64,000 nucleotides of DNA, from contig OX597820.1 of NCBI GenBank assembly GCA_951406725.2, positions 8,246,001 to 8,310,000 on the forward strand, written 5' to 3'. This DNA is from Octopus vulgaris (taxonomy: Eukaryota). Both the position numbers and the translations under genes were made by a program. A model generated the notes under the pieces. That model had not been told where the DNA came from and searched no databases. It saw only the letters and a list, made by a program, of their open reading frames with translations. Position 1 is the stretch's first letter; the number at the start of each line of letters is the position of its first letter. Shown here piece after piece: positions 51,585 through 64,000 of this stretch.

Positions 51585-52765
51585 TCATGGCTGTGTGGTA
51601 AGAAGTTTGCTTCCCAGCCACATGGCTCCAGGTTCAATCCAACTGCATGGCACCTTGGGCAAGTGTGTTCTACTATTGCCTCGGGCCGACCAAAGCCTTG
51701 TCAATGGATTTGGTAGAAGGAAACTAAAAGAAGCCTCTCATATACGTGTGCACGTGTCTTTTGTCCCCCACTACCACTTGACAACTGATGGTGTGTTTAC
51801 ATCCATGTAGGAGTGGCTGTGTGGTAAGTAGCTTGTTTACCAACCACATGGTTCCAGGTTCAGTCCCACTGCATGGCACTTTGGGCAAGTGTCTTCTACT
51901 ATAGCCTTGGGCCGACTAAAGCCTTGCGAATGGATTTGGTAGACGGAAACTGAAAGAAGCCTGTCGTATATATATGTATATATATATGTGTGTGTGAGTG
52001 TATTTGTGTGTCTGTGTTTGTCCCCCCCAACATCGCTTGACAACCGATGCTGGTGTGTTTACTTAGCGGTTCGGCAAAAGAGACCGATAGAATAAGTACT
52101 AGGCTTGCAAAGAATAAGTCCTGGGGTCGATTTGGTCGACTATAGCCGGTGCTCCAGCATGGCCACAGTCAAATGACTGAAACAAGTAAAAGAGTATGTA
52201 ACTTAGTGGTTCAGCAAAAAAGACCGACAGAATAAATAACAGGTTTTAAAAAGACTAAGTACTGGGCTAAATATATTTCAAGTTGGTGCCCCAGCATGGC
52301 CGTAGTCCATTGATTGTAACAAGTGAAAGACAGAGGATATGTACTCCTTTATTCTTTTACTTGTTTCAGTTATTTGACTGCAGCCATGCTGGAGCACCAC
52401 CTTTAGTCAAGCAAATCGACCCCAGGACTTACTCTTTGTAAACCCAGTACTTATTCTGTTGGTTACTTTTTGCTGAACTGCTAAGTGACGGGGATGTAAA
52501 CACACCAACATCGGTTGTCAAGCGATGATGTGGAGGGGGGGACAAACACACACACACACACTAACACATACATACATATACAAACATGATGATGATGATG
52601 ATAATGATACGACGGGCTTCTTTCAGTTTCTGTCTACCAAATCCACTCACAAGGCTTTGGTCGGCCCGAGGCCACAGTAGAAGACACTTGCCCAAGGTGC
52701 CATGCAGTGGAACTGAACCTAGAATCATGTGGTTGGTTAGCAAGCTACTTACCACACAGCCACTA
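51585..52765. mobile_element. Cluster of family C SINEs
   Basis: A young + copy (about 51809-52195) is nested in an older + copy (about 51585-52330), followed by a - copy (about 52350-52765). Confidence 0.82.
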
Positions 52766-53700
52766 CTATGCCTCTCTCTGTGTGTGTGTGTGTGTGTGTG
52801 TGTAAGTGTGTATCTATGTATATAGTCCAATACTTCCCAGTGTATGATTTTCTTCATACGGTGTATAATCTGAAGGAGATTTTGGCTGCTATTTTTAGCT
52901 GGTACAGTTACCACCACAGAGGTTCCTTTTTTGGTTTGTGTGTTCTTCCCTTTGTTGAGGAGAATGATTTGAAGAAAGATTTGGTTGCTATTTTTAGCAC
53001 AACAAGCAGCAGACTGTTAGGGAGCCCAGGGTCCCTTGGTTGGCTTCCAGAAACCCCCTCACATCACAGTAGTTGGTGAAATAACTGACACTGGTATGGC
53101 GGGGGGGGGAGTATGTAGTGTATTAGGATTATAACTGGTGGTGGTGGTGGCGGTGGTAAGATACTCTTGTCACCCCCCACCCCTGCCCCCTCCACCGTTA
53201 CAGAAAAGGGGTGGGGTGTGTAACCTGACACCCAAGATGGAATAAATGAATGACTGTATGAAGAAGAGAAATGATCAGGGTGGCAGTGGGGTGAGGGTGT
53301 GGGGGGTGAAAGACAGCAGGTGGTGGGAGTGGTGAGGGTGGAGGGGTGGAGGCTCATTGAAAGTCTCTGAATGTACTTCAGCAGTGTCTCCCACACTTGG
53401 AGTAATTCAATACTGACTGTGGCGGTGGTGGTGGTGCGGAGGGTTACTGTGTTGAGGTGATGATGGTGACAGAGATGATGATGATGATTAACATGGTTAC
53501 AGCAATGGCAGTGGTGGTGGTGTGGTGTAGTGGTGGTGTGGTGGTGGTGGTGGTAGTGGTGGTTGTGGTGGTGGTGGTGGTGGTAGTGGTGGTTGTGGTA
53601 ACAAAATGGCAGTGGTGGAGGAGAGGGGTGATTAACAGTGGAGATTAAAATCATGAAGCACCACCACCACCATCACCTAAACTTGTTTTAATTTACAGCA

Positions 53701-53714
53701 GTTGCTATGACAAC
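53701..53714. promoter_or_regulatory. RFX X-box-like palindrome
   Basis: GTTGCTATGACAAC in unique DNA. Confidence 0.45.
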
Positions 53715-53849
53715 TGGGTGGTTTAGTTTATTTAAAAATACAGTTTTAAAGAATAAATTAGTGAAGTTAATACCATTTGTAGAGGGGGGGAAGAAATAAC
53801 TAGAATGCAAAACCATCATCATCATCACAACAATCATCACCATTCTCTC

Positions 53850-54595
53850 TCTTTTACTCTTTTACTTGTTGCAGTCATTTGACTGCGGCCATGCTGGAGC
53901 ACCGCCTGTAGTCGAGCAAATCAACCACCAGGACTTATTCTTTATAAGCTTAGTACTTATTCTATAGGTCTCTTTTGCTGAACCGCTAAGTGACGGGGAC
54001 ATAAACACACCACCATCGGTTGTCAAGTGATGTTGGGGGACAAACTGACACACAAACATATACATACACACACACATATATATATATCATCATTTAACGT
54101 CCGTTTTCCATGCTAGCATGGGTTGTACGGTTCGACCGGTGTCTGGGAAGCCATGGAGGCTGCACCAGGCTCCAGTCTGATCTGGCAGAGTTTCTACAGC
54201 TGGATGCCCTTCCTAATGCCAACCACTCCGTGAGTGTAGTGGGTGCTTTTACGTGCCACTGGCACAGGGGCCAGAGCAGACTGGCAAACGGCCACAATCG
54301 GTTGGTGCTTTTTACGTGCCACCGACACGGACGCCAGTCAGGCAGTGCTGGCATATGCCACGTTCAGACGGTGCTTTTTACATGTGAACGTGGCAGATGC
54401 TATATATATATATATATATATATACATACATAAATACGACAGGCTTCTTTCAGTTTCCATCTACTAAATCCACTCACAAGGCTTTGGTCAGCCCGAGGCT
54501 ATAGTAGCAGACACTTGCCCAAGGTGCCAAGCAGTGGGACTGAACCAGGAACCATGCAGTTGAGAAGCAAGCTACTTACCACACAGCCACTCCTG
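53850..54595 (-). mobile_element. SINE family C interrupted by an RTE-tail repeat (54087-54400)
   Basis: Two SINE halves flank an insertion in the internal microsatellite. Confidence 0.85.
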
Positions 54596-54887
54596 CGACT
54601 ATGATCATAAGTAATAAATTTAAAAAATCCCTCCCCCCTAAATGAGTGGGGGTTCTGAGTGATAATGGGTATGACGAGTATTTGTATGTTCATGCTGTGT
54701 TATACAACATGTATAAATATTTGTGTGTGTGCTATACAGGGTATATGTGTATAGAAAACTGCATGTGTGTGTGTGTGTGTGTGCAAAACTGTATGTAAGC
54801 ATATGACAGTATATGCATGGAATGTGAGTGTGTGTGAGACGTGTATGCGTGTTTATGAGCATGTATGAGTGTAGGTGAGAGAGAGAA

Positions 54888-54918
<31 letters not shown>

Positions 54919-55386
54919 GAATGTGTGTGTGTGTGTGTGTATAGAAGAGAGAGAGAGAGATAGAGAATGTGTGTGTGTGTGTGTGGGTGGGTGGGTATGT
55001 GGGTGACGTGTACACCAGAGCAATATACCAGTGAGTGCATACTAACACAGCCAAGTGTGCACTAATAACCATAGAGTTGCACCTCACATACACACATACA
55101 CACACACACACACACACACCAGTGTACTGTGGAAATGGTGGTAAAAGTGATGATCCTATATTTACCCACATAAATAAACAAGAGCAGGTATCAAGGGAGG
55201 CTGTACAAATTAGGAGAAATAAAAGATTCAGAAACCATCCACCACCACCACCACCACCAAACCCATACACACACACACTCCTAATCCTAGATTGTGTAAG
55301 TGCATGCATATATTGGTGTGTGCGTGTGTCCAGTGCCCCCACTCCCACCCCCACCGCCATTGTAAACCTTTCTCATCTTGATGTAG

Positions 55387-55915
55387 AGTGACCCCGCTGT
55401 TCTTGAGGAGACCTATTGAGTCAAGTACATCAACATCAAAATAATAATTCAAATGGAAATTGTAGTTAAGACACCGGTGCCGGTGACATGTAAAAAGCAC
55501 CATCCAAACGTGGCAGATGCCAGCACCGCGTGGTTGGCATCTGTGTCGGTGACACGTAAAAGCACCAACCGATCATGACCATTTGCCAGCCTCCTCTGGC
55601 CCCTGTGCCGGTGGTACGTAAAAAGCACCGTCCGAACATGGCAGATGCCAGCCCCGCCTGACTGGAGTCCGTGTTGGTGGCATGTAAAACCACCAACCGA
55701 TCATGGCCGTTTGGCAGCCTGCTCTGGCACGTAAAAAAACACCCACTACTCTCACGGAGTGGTTGGCGTTAGGAAGGGCATCCAGCTGTAGAAACACTGC
55801 CAGATCAGACTGGAGCCTGGCACAGCCTCCATGGCTTATCAGACACCGGTCGAACCGTCCGACCCATACTAGCATGGAAAACGGACGTTAAATGACGATG
55901 ATGACGATGATGATT
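55387..55915 (+). mobile_element. Long RTE-tail repeat
   Basis: 5' part shared with about 10408-10616; four GTGCC..GGCAC-type modules; (GAT/GAC)n tail. Confidence 0.85.
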
Positions 55916-56814
55916 AAATTAGAGTATTTCTTTGTTAATTGCTTTATCAAGTGATTTGATCTCAATGATTGCCTGATGCTACTAAAACACAATTACATCA
56001 TCATTGCACGCCCATTATTCATTAGTCATCCAACCCCCCACCACACACACACACACACAGGTCATTATGTTCATTACTAGTTTTGTTCTCTCCATGTTTG
56101 CTTTCATGTGGGAGTCACAAGACAAACATTCTCCATGGAGTCTGTGACTTCCGTTAGGAAAATATTTTTTTGCCAATTCTGCTAAAACTGTTTTAAATCT
56201 CCCAATATTTATTTTTTTTTTTATTCTCACAAAACAGCTGGCCCCCAAAATTCTTAAACCCCTTTTTTTGAAATGATTTCAGGAATAAATTCCATGCAAG
56301 TCTTTACTGTGACAACAACAGATGCACGGGGTTCCGTCGACGTGTGCCCCTCTGTGTTCCAATGATCAAACCTGAAATCTGGTCTTGGAGGGTCTTGCTT
56401 GGAGGTCACTAAGTGCAAACAGGGCTGTGGGACACAATTGGGCAAGGGACAGGCGCAGAACATTTACATTTTTGCTTACTATTTTTGTTTGTTTTTGAGG
56501 GTTTTTTTTGTTTTTGCAATGATTAGACTATCACTGATCAACAAATGTGCATGTGTGTGTGTGTGTGTGCATATATATGTGTGTGTGTTTGTGTGCATGT
56601 GTATGTGTGTGTGTGCATGTGTGTGTATGTGTGTGCATGTATGTGCATATGTGTGTGCATGTATGTGCATATGTGTGTGTATGTGTGTGTGCATGCGTGT
56701 GTGTGTGTGAATGTGTGTGTCTGCATGTGTGTGCATGTGTGTGTATGTGTGCATGAGTGTGCTTGCATGTCTATCTGCTTGTCTGTTTGGGCATGTTTAC
56801 ATTTGCCTAAGCAT

Positions 56815-57985
56815 GTCTTGGATCATCCCATAAATAATGTTTTTTTTTTCAACTGCATGAACTAAAATTCGGAGCGGGGTGGGATAAACTACCTGCATCA
56901 ACTTGCTATAAAAGAAGGTAGCAATTTTACTTTGTCCTTATTCTTAGTGCAAGTTTTGAAGAGTGCAGTTTGATTTTAAAAGTTATTTTTTCAAAGCTAT
57001 AATGGAAGTTACAAATGAACATATTCCGAATATTTTGCTTTATGAGTTCAATAAAGGCAACAACACAACGGAAAATGCGAGGAATATTAATGCAGTATAT
57101 GGGGATCAGACAATAAGCGTAAGCCAGTGTCAACGGTGGTTCCAGAAATTCCGAGCCAGAAACTACAGCCTAGAAGGTGAGCTTCATCCCGAAAGATCTA
57201 TAGAGCTTGACGAGGATGTCCTGCAAACCCTGATGGAGAGGAACTAGCAGAGAAGCTTGGATTTGTTCATTCAACACCTGCATGCCATTGAAAAAGTCAG
57301 CAAATTGGGTCAATGGGTTCCTCACAAACTTTCCAAGTCTAATCCCATGCAGAGAGTGAATGTGTGTTCTCTGCTGCCATGTCTCACAAATGAACCTTTT
57401 TGGGACCAAATAGTGACTGCTGACAAGAAATGGGTTCACTATAAAAATGTCAAGTGCCAAAGACAGTAAGTAGGAAAAGGAGAAACACTGGCACCCCAGG
57501 CAAAAGAAGGTCTTCACCCACATAAGGTGTTGTTATCTGATAGGATATGAAAGGTTTAGTCTAGTTTGAACTTTTAAACCTAAACCAAATGATAACAAAG
57601 GAGATTTGCTGCAAGCAGTTTGGACAGCTTAAGACCATCTTTGGTTTCAAGACAAAAGGTGTTCTTCTATGAGGGTAGTACTCAGCCACATACAGTGAGG
57701 ATGTCACTCCAAAGGCTGTTGTAGTTTGAATGGGAAACAATGCCCCACCCACCATATTTGCCAGACATTACCCCATCTGATTATCATTTATTCCGCAGTC
57801 TTCAAAGTCATTAGGACAGAAAAATATGAATTCTGTAGACGAGGTCAGAACAGTACTGAAGGAGTATTTTTCATCATGGATAAGTGAGTTTTGGAAGAGG
57901 GGCCTTGCAAGTCTACCAGATAGATGGAAGAGCATTGTAAACAATGAAGGAGAGTATATTTTAGGTTAAAAAAGAACTTTTGGCA
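56815..57985 (+). pseudogene. Decayed mariner element (second subfamily)
   Basis: MEVTNEHIPNILLYEF..CQRWFQKFR, LGQWVPHKL, IVTADKKWV, YLPDITPSDYHLFRSLQ; multiple stops. Confidence 0.88.
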
Positions 57986-59160
57986 TCCTGAAATCAAAAT
58001 CAAATTCGACTGGCATCCGTGCTAGCAGGGTGCAAAGAGCACCATACGAGGGTGATCGTTGACAGAGCGGCTAACCAGCTTCCATGCCAGTGGCACTTAA
58101 AAGGCACCATTCGAGCGTGATCATTACCAGCGTCGCCTTACTGGCACTCGAGCCCCATGTGAGTAGGGTATTAAGAGCACCATCCGAGTGTGATCATTGC
58201 CAGAGCGACTATCTGGCCTCCGTGCTGGTGGCACGTAAAAGGGCACCATTCAAGCATGATCGTTGCCAGTATTATTTATGGTGGCACGTAAAAGCACCCA
58301 CTACACTCTCGGAGTGGTTGGCATTAGGAAGGGCATCCAGCTGTAGAAACTCTGCCAGATCAAGACTGGTGCCTGGTGCGGCTGTCTGGTTCACTAGCCC
58401 TCTGTCAAAATCATCCAACCCATGCTAGCATGGAAGGCGGACGTTAAACGATGATGATGATGACGATGATGAAAAGAAGTATAAAAAAATACCACATTAT
58501 CCTGTAGACAGACTGGAAGACCATCAAATGTGAACACTGACATAAATTGCATGCAAGCAGACAAATTGATTTGTGCTGTGTTAAATGTATTAGATCTACC
58601 CCCACCTGGAACCAAAACAGCCCCCAACAATAAGTCCCCATGCAGTTTCACAAGATTGTCTGGGTGACCCCCCCCAAGGTAATGAAGGAGACACGTGACC
58701 AAGGTGCAGCAATGGTAGAACTGAACTGCAAGCCATGTAGTTATCAAGCAAGTAGTTTAACCACAAACCACGAGGCTTTATTATTTGAAGGCCGTGCATT
58801 ATCTCATAATTCTAATTAGCACAGGTGCCTGGGTTTTTAATGTGGAGAGAATGTTTAGGTTTGAGGTTTAACCTTTAACAAGGGAGGGGGGAGGGGGGGT
58901 TTCACCTTTACCAGGGGTGGGTGGGGTGAAGGGTTGTCACAGACAATAACAAATGTGATAAAGAATCCCCGCCAACACCACCACCACACATACATCTGAC
59001 ATGACAGACTTCGGAATTTTACAGAAACCTCACACACACACACACACACACACACCAAAACAGTCTCTACTGACAAATGAAGGAGGCCTCTACGGGGTGG
59101 CCACGCAATATCGCAGACATAGCAGTCAAATAAACCTGAAATCAAACACTATTTTTTTTT

Positions 59161-59538
59161 TTTTACTTGTTTCAGTCATTTGACTGCGGCCATGCTGGAG
59201 CACCGCCTTTAGTCGAGCAACTCGACCCCGGGACTTATTCTTTGTAAGCCCAGTACTTATTCTATCGGTCTCTTTTTGCCGAACCGCTAAGTGACGGAGA
59301 CGTAAACACACCAGCATCGGTTGTCAAGCAATGCTAGGGGGACAAACACAGACACACAAACACACATATAAATATATATATACATATATACGACGGGCTT
59401 CTTTCAGTTTCCGTCTACCAAATCTACTCACAAGGCTTTGGTTGGCCCGAGGCTATAGCAGAAGACACTTGCCCAAGATGCCACGCAGTGGGACTGAACC
59501 CGGAACCATGTGGTTGGTTAGCAAGCTACTTACCACAC
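59161..59538 (-). mobile_element. SINE family C (young)
   Basis: Near-consensus reverse-complement copy. Confidence 0.88.
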
Positions 59539-59834
59539 GGACAAAATATTTTCTCAGATACCTACTCAGGATGGTCATGTTTGGAATCTCTTTGATCATT
59601 AGTTTACTACTTCATTATTTCTGATTTTGTGATAAATTGGCAACCGAACTCAAAATATTGCCGTACTTCACATTAAGGTTTAACTATTTTGATATCATAC
59701 ATTTATATATTTGTTTTGCAAGATTTTTGATGTAAAATCGTGTGTTGAAACAGATATTGTTGTATTTAGGAATGGTCATTTTGCCAGTTTGGCCAATAAA
59801 GGAAAGACACACAAATAAGAAAGAAGAAAGCAAA

Positions 59835-59879
59835 GGACCACTGATGAGGTCACAGGAGTGTGACGAAAGAACTCTGGCC
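59835..59879 (+). ncRNA. Minimal type-I hammerhead motif, family H3
   Basis: GGACCA [CUGAUGA] G GUCACA-GGAG-UGUGAC [GAAA] GAAC [UC] UGGCC, located between ~47-bp inverted arms at 59754-59800 and 59955-60002. Confidence 0.68.
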
Positions 59880-60271
59880 GAAATAAGATTAAGATTAATG
59901 TAAAAAATGAAAAACGCTGAAGCAAAGTAACACCAAATATATAGTGCATGTGTTTTTATTGGCTAAACTGGCAAAATGACCTATTCCTAAATACAACAAT
60001 ATTTTGATATCAACTTCCCTGAAAGCACAACTTCACTCTATAGTAGAAATTCCTCGTTTAAAGGTTATCAGAATTAAAACCTTTCCAACAAAATTCCACA
60101 ATAATTTATGCTCCAAACAGCAGCTTGATAATAATAATAATAAACCTATCTGACTTATTCCTTCGTTATCTTCAAAATTAATTCAAAGATAATGTATTCT
60201 AACAGAAAGGTAGAGACAGGAGGATTGAAGTGGTCTAAATTAAAGATTTCAGGTTAAACATATGTTTTAAG

Positions 60272-60535
60272 TGTGGAGGCACGTGGCTTAGTGGTTAGGG
60301 TGTCAGCATCATGATCGTAAGATTGCGGTTTCGATTCCTGGACCGGGCGACGCACTGTGTTCTTGAGCAAAACACTTCATTTCACATTGCTCCAGTCCAC
60401 TCAGCTGGCAAAAATGAGTAATACTGCGGTGGACTGGCGTCCCGTCCAGCTGGGGAACACATATGCCATAAAAACTGGGAAACTGGGCCCATGAGCCTGG
60501 CTAGGCTAGGCTTTAAAAGGGTGCATTTATTTTAT
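60272..60535 (+). mobile_element. SINE family E
   Basis: A-box TGGCTTAGTGG, B-box GGTTTCGATTCC; matches 20612-20870. Confidence 0.84.
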
Positions 60536-60640
60536 TATTTTTTTTTATATTTTAAGTAGAAACTTAATTCAACAGAATTATAATAACAAAAGGAGTTTAA
60601 AAGAAAAAACTGTTTTAAAGTTAGAAATTTAGAAAATAAC

Positions 60641-61005
60641 GGAGTGGCTGTGTGGTAAGTAACTTGCTTACCAACCACATAGATCTGGATTCAGTCCCAC
60701 TGCATGGCACCTTGGGCAAGTGTCTTCTACTGTGGCCTTGGGCCAACCAAAGCCTTGTGAGTGGATTTGGTAGACGGAAAGAAGCCCATCATATATATAT
60801 GTATATATGTGTGTGTCTGTCCCCCAACATCGCTTGACAACCGATGCTGGTGTTTACATCCCCATAACTTAGCAGTTCAGCAAAAGAGACCGATAGAATA
60901 AGTACTAGGCTTATAAAGAATAAGTCCTGGGATCGATATTTTCGACTAAAGGCGGTGCTCCAGCATGGCCACAGTCAAATGACTGAAACAAGTAAAAGAG
61001 TAAAA
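60641..61005 (+). mobile_element. SINE family C
   Basis: Match to 26793-27195. Confidence 0.85.
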
Positions 61006-61034
61006 AAGATATTCTTATCTTCTTTTATAAATTA

Positions 61035-61410
61035 CTAGCAGTATTACCCGGCGTTGCTCGGGTTTGTAAGGGAAATAACTATATAAGCATTTTTAGAGAG
61101 TTATAGCCCCAAAATAGCAAAAAAATGCATTAAAAATGGAAAAAAAATTATGGTAAATTTTTTTTTAAATCGTTGACTCATCGTAGACGTTTTTAGAGAG
61201 TTACTTCCCCTATATAATAGCGAAAAAAATGCATTAAAATGGAAAAAAAATTATGGTAAATTATTTTTTAAATCGTAGACTCATCATAGATGCGCGCTAA
61301 TACTCAGAAGGGCTCGATATGAATCACGACTATAAGATACCCGGTTTTGGTTAAACTGCACCGCAAAATGTGGGAGTAGTTAGGAATCTAAATCGTAGGA
61401 GACAGACACA
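61035..61410 (-). mobile_element. Non-autonomous Helitron, 5'-truncated
   Basis: Reverse complement of 43915-44409 with CTAG|T end; lacks the first ~22 bp. Confidence 0.85.
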
Positions 61411-62119
61411 GGTATTCTTTCTTACCTTCTTTTATAAATTATATTTGGTGTGTTTAACAAAATCATGAAGAAGATAAATTTAGACGATGTTTAAGCAATA
61501 TTAAAGGAGATTTTTGGAAAGATTTAAAATATATTTTACAAAATTAATCCATGGTGCACCGACGGAGAAATATTGCACCAGAATACATAGATCTCTGTGA
61601 AAATGGTATTCCTAAGCTGCTTCCAGCCATGCCAACATAGGAAAATGGATGTGAAATTATATTATAATAAGCATGATGCTTTTGTACATCTACACAATAT
61701 ATATATATTGTGTATATATAGATATACGTTCAGGAAAATTTAGATTCAGATGAATATGGTACTTAATATCCTTGTTGCTTATTTTGATAGATATATATAT
61801 ATATACATACATACATACATACATACATACATACAAACACAGAGGGAGGGAGGGAGGCAGAGAGACAGAGAATATAAAAGCAAGAAACATTTACTCCAAG
61901 AATACACATAATCCCTGTAATCCTTGTTTTATCTCCCACAGATTAACAGATTATCAGGATGCACATTTCCAACATTGTGGGATATTCAGCTTTTATGCTT
62001 AACACACACAAACACACACATACATACACGCACACACACACACACAGGTATACAAACAAGTATGTGTACCTATGTGTATATGTGTGTGTATAAATACGTA
62101 TGTATGTTTACATGTGACC

Positions 62120-62605
62120 ACGTGTGTACCGTTGGTGATTTTTTTCCCTCCGTCTTCCCTTGATTGGATCTTTCCTTTTCCTATGTTTCTGATGAAAGCA
62201 TGAATTTCTTGGTCTGTTAAAGTATTTGAGTAAAATTATATTAATGTGTCCAACTTGTTAAAATTCTATTTATTTGTGCAGCTGATGATAGCCCTGCATT
62301 TAAATTGATGTAATGATTGCATTTTTCAATGAAATGGAGTCGCTTCATGTTTAGATTAACTATATATATATATAAACATATATATATATATACATCGCGT
62401 GTGTACCGTTTGCGATTTTTCCCCTCCGTCTTCCCTTGCTTGGATCTTTCCTTTTCCTATGTTTCTGATGAAGAGCTCCATTCGAAACGTTAAATCCTCC
62501 TTCTTTCTTTCCTTTCCTGAGCGTCCAATAACACTATACTTATTCCATGTCCTCGCGTTGTTGTTGTTTTCTCTTTGTGTTTTCATGTTTGGATTGACTT
62601 TATAT
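62120..62605 (+). ncRNA. Two tandem H2 hammerhead-bearing units (first disrupted, second complete)
   Basis: 62397-62605 matches 42354-42545 with core CUGAUGA A GAGC-UCC-AUUC GAAA CG UU (about 62461-62498). 62120-62360 has both unit ends but the middle is replaced. Confidence 0.65.
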
Positions 62606-63784
62606 ATACACACAAGTATACCTTTATCTGTTTCTGTTTATACACATAAACAAATGAAGCCAAGCAAATACAAAAAAAAAACATCAAAAGTTGAAGGGAT
62701 GTTCACATTTGATGTGAAGGGATGATTCCTGTTGATGTTAAAGAAGGGAATAAAAATTAAATCATTTCAGAGTGGTCGTTCATCAGATGAGAGAGAAGAG
62801 AGAAAAGGAGAGCCAGGAGAAAAAACATGCACAGGTTAAGTTCAGTGTTCAATGTGTGTGTGTGTGCGGGCGCCCTTGTCATTACATCAGTATTACAAAG
62901 AAGCATATCCATCATGCAAGCCATATTGCAATGAAGTTGATAAAATTTAGAAAAATAATGACTTGTATTTATTGCCAAGATACAAATGATAAATTTTATT
63001 AAATTTTATTTTATTGTAAGTTAAAAATATTTTTCTATAGAAAATTACAATTCATTTAATTTTGTATAAGCAACAAGGAATTATAATAATTGTAAGCCAT
63101 ATTTTCTGATACAACCCAACCATGGCACTTCCAAAAGTTATCGATCATCATGGATTACGCTCCAGTAATAATGATAATTAGCTATTAAGTAAGCAAACAA
63201 GATTCATCTTAATTAGCTATAAATTAAATAGTTAAGATCCCAATTAGTTATTATATAAACAATTAAGATAGATTCTAATTAGTAACTAATTTGTATAAAT
63301 GTCAATTAGTACTAATTAATTTTTAAGTCAACAGTTATGATTCTCATTTTAAGTATGAATTATTTTAACTGATTCAAGGGTGAAGGCTGGCAATGAGTAA
63401 AGCACTGAAGTCAGCTGACAGGCAGCTGTTCACCAGGGATCAATTCTCAGCCCCAGCCACCACTGGCACAAGTGCCAGTGGCACTTAAAAAGCATCATCC
63501 GTATGTGGCAGATGCCAGCACCACCTTGACTGGCTTCTGTGCTGGTGGCACGTAAAAAGCACCAACCGATCACAGTCATTGCCAACCTCCCCTGGCACCT
63601 GTACCAGTGGCACGTAAAACGCACCCACTACACTCATGGAGTGGTTGGTGTTAGGAAGGGCATCCAGCTGTAGAAACACTGCCAGATCAGACTGGAGCCT
63701 GGTGCAGCCTCCTGGCTTCCCAGATCCAGGTCGAACCATCCAACCTATGCTAACATGGAAAACGGACGTTAAACGATGATGATC

Positions 63785-64000
63785 CAGGCCATTAACAGAG
63801 GAATTTAAGACTGGCTACTCTTGGGAGCCATTCTGTGGAAGCCACCGCATGGCAAGAGAAAAGAAGTGCAACTAAAAGCAGCTTGGCACCACACCTTCAT
63901 CGATGACCTCAAAGCCATTGACATTTCATGGGATGAAGCTGAACTCGTCACGGTCGACCGACCACATTGGAAAAGCCTTGCTGCCCAGAGTGTCACATGG
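63785..64000 (+). pseudogene. 3' fragment of an RTE-clade LINE
   Basis: ILWKPPHGKR.. and WHHTFIDDLKAIDISWDEAELVTVDRPHWKSL, typical RTE C-terminus; frameshifted. Confidence 0.7.

Overview
This is a repeat-saturated eukaryotic (metazoan) window with a 100-N scaffold gap at 601-700 and no recognisable host protein-coding exon. Most short ORFs in the track are microsatellite or SINE artefacts. The repeat complement resembles that of an octopus/coleoid cephalopod (inference from pattern recognition, not verified). Mobile elements: one near-intact 4.5-kb RTE-clade LINE (AP endonuclease + RT, two clear lesions), older RTE and CR1 relics, about 25 copies of an RTE 3'-end repeat with (GAT)n tails, at least four tRNA-headed SINE families, one full-length defective mariner plus two Tc1/mariner relics, piggyBac-type MITEs, three non-autonomous Helitrons and several foldback inverted repeats. 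Most interesting signals: (1) three families of minimal type-I hammerhead-ribozyme motifs, including a tandem array of 204-bp units each carrying one motif (retrozyme / Penelope pLTR-like); (2) a consensus recursive splice site with a 43-nt RS-exon on the minus strand, suggesting the window lies inside a giant intron; (3) a PHD-type zinc finger inserted between RT motifs of the LINE; (4) several near-perfect RFX X-boxes in unique DNA. Repeat boundaries were read by eye and are approximate unless TIRs or TSDs are quoted.
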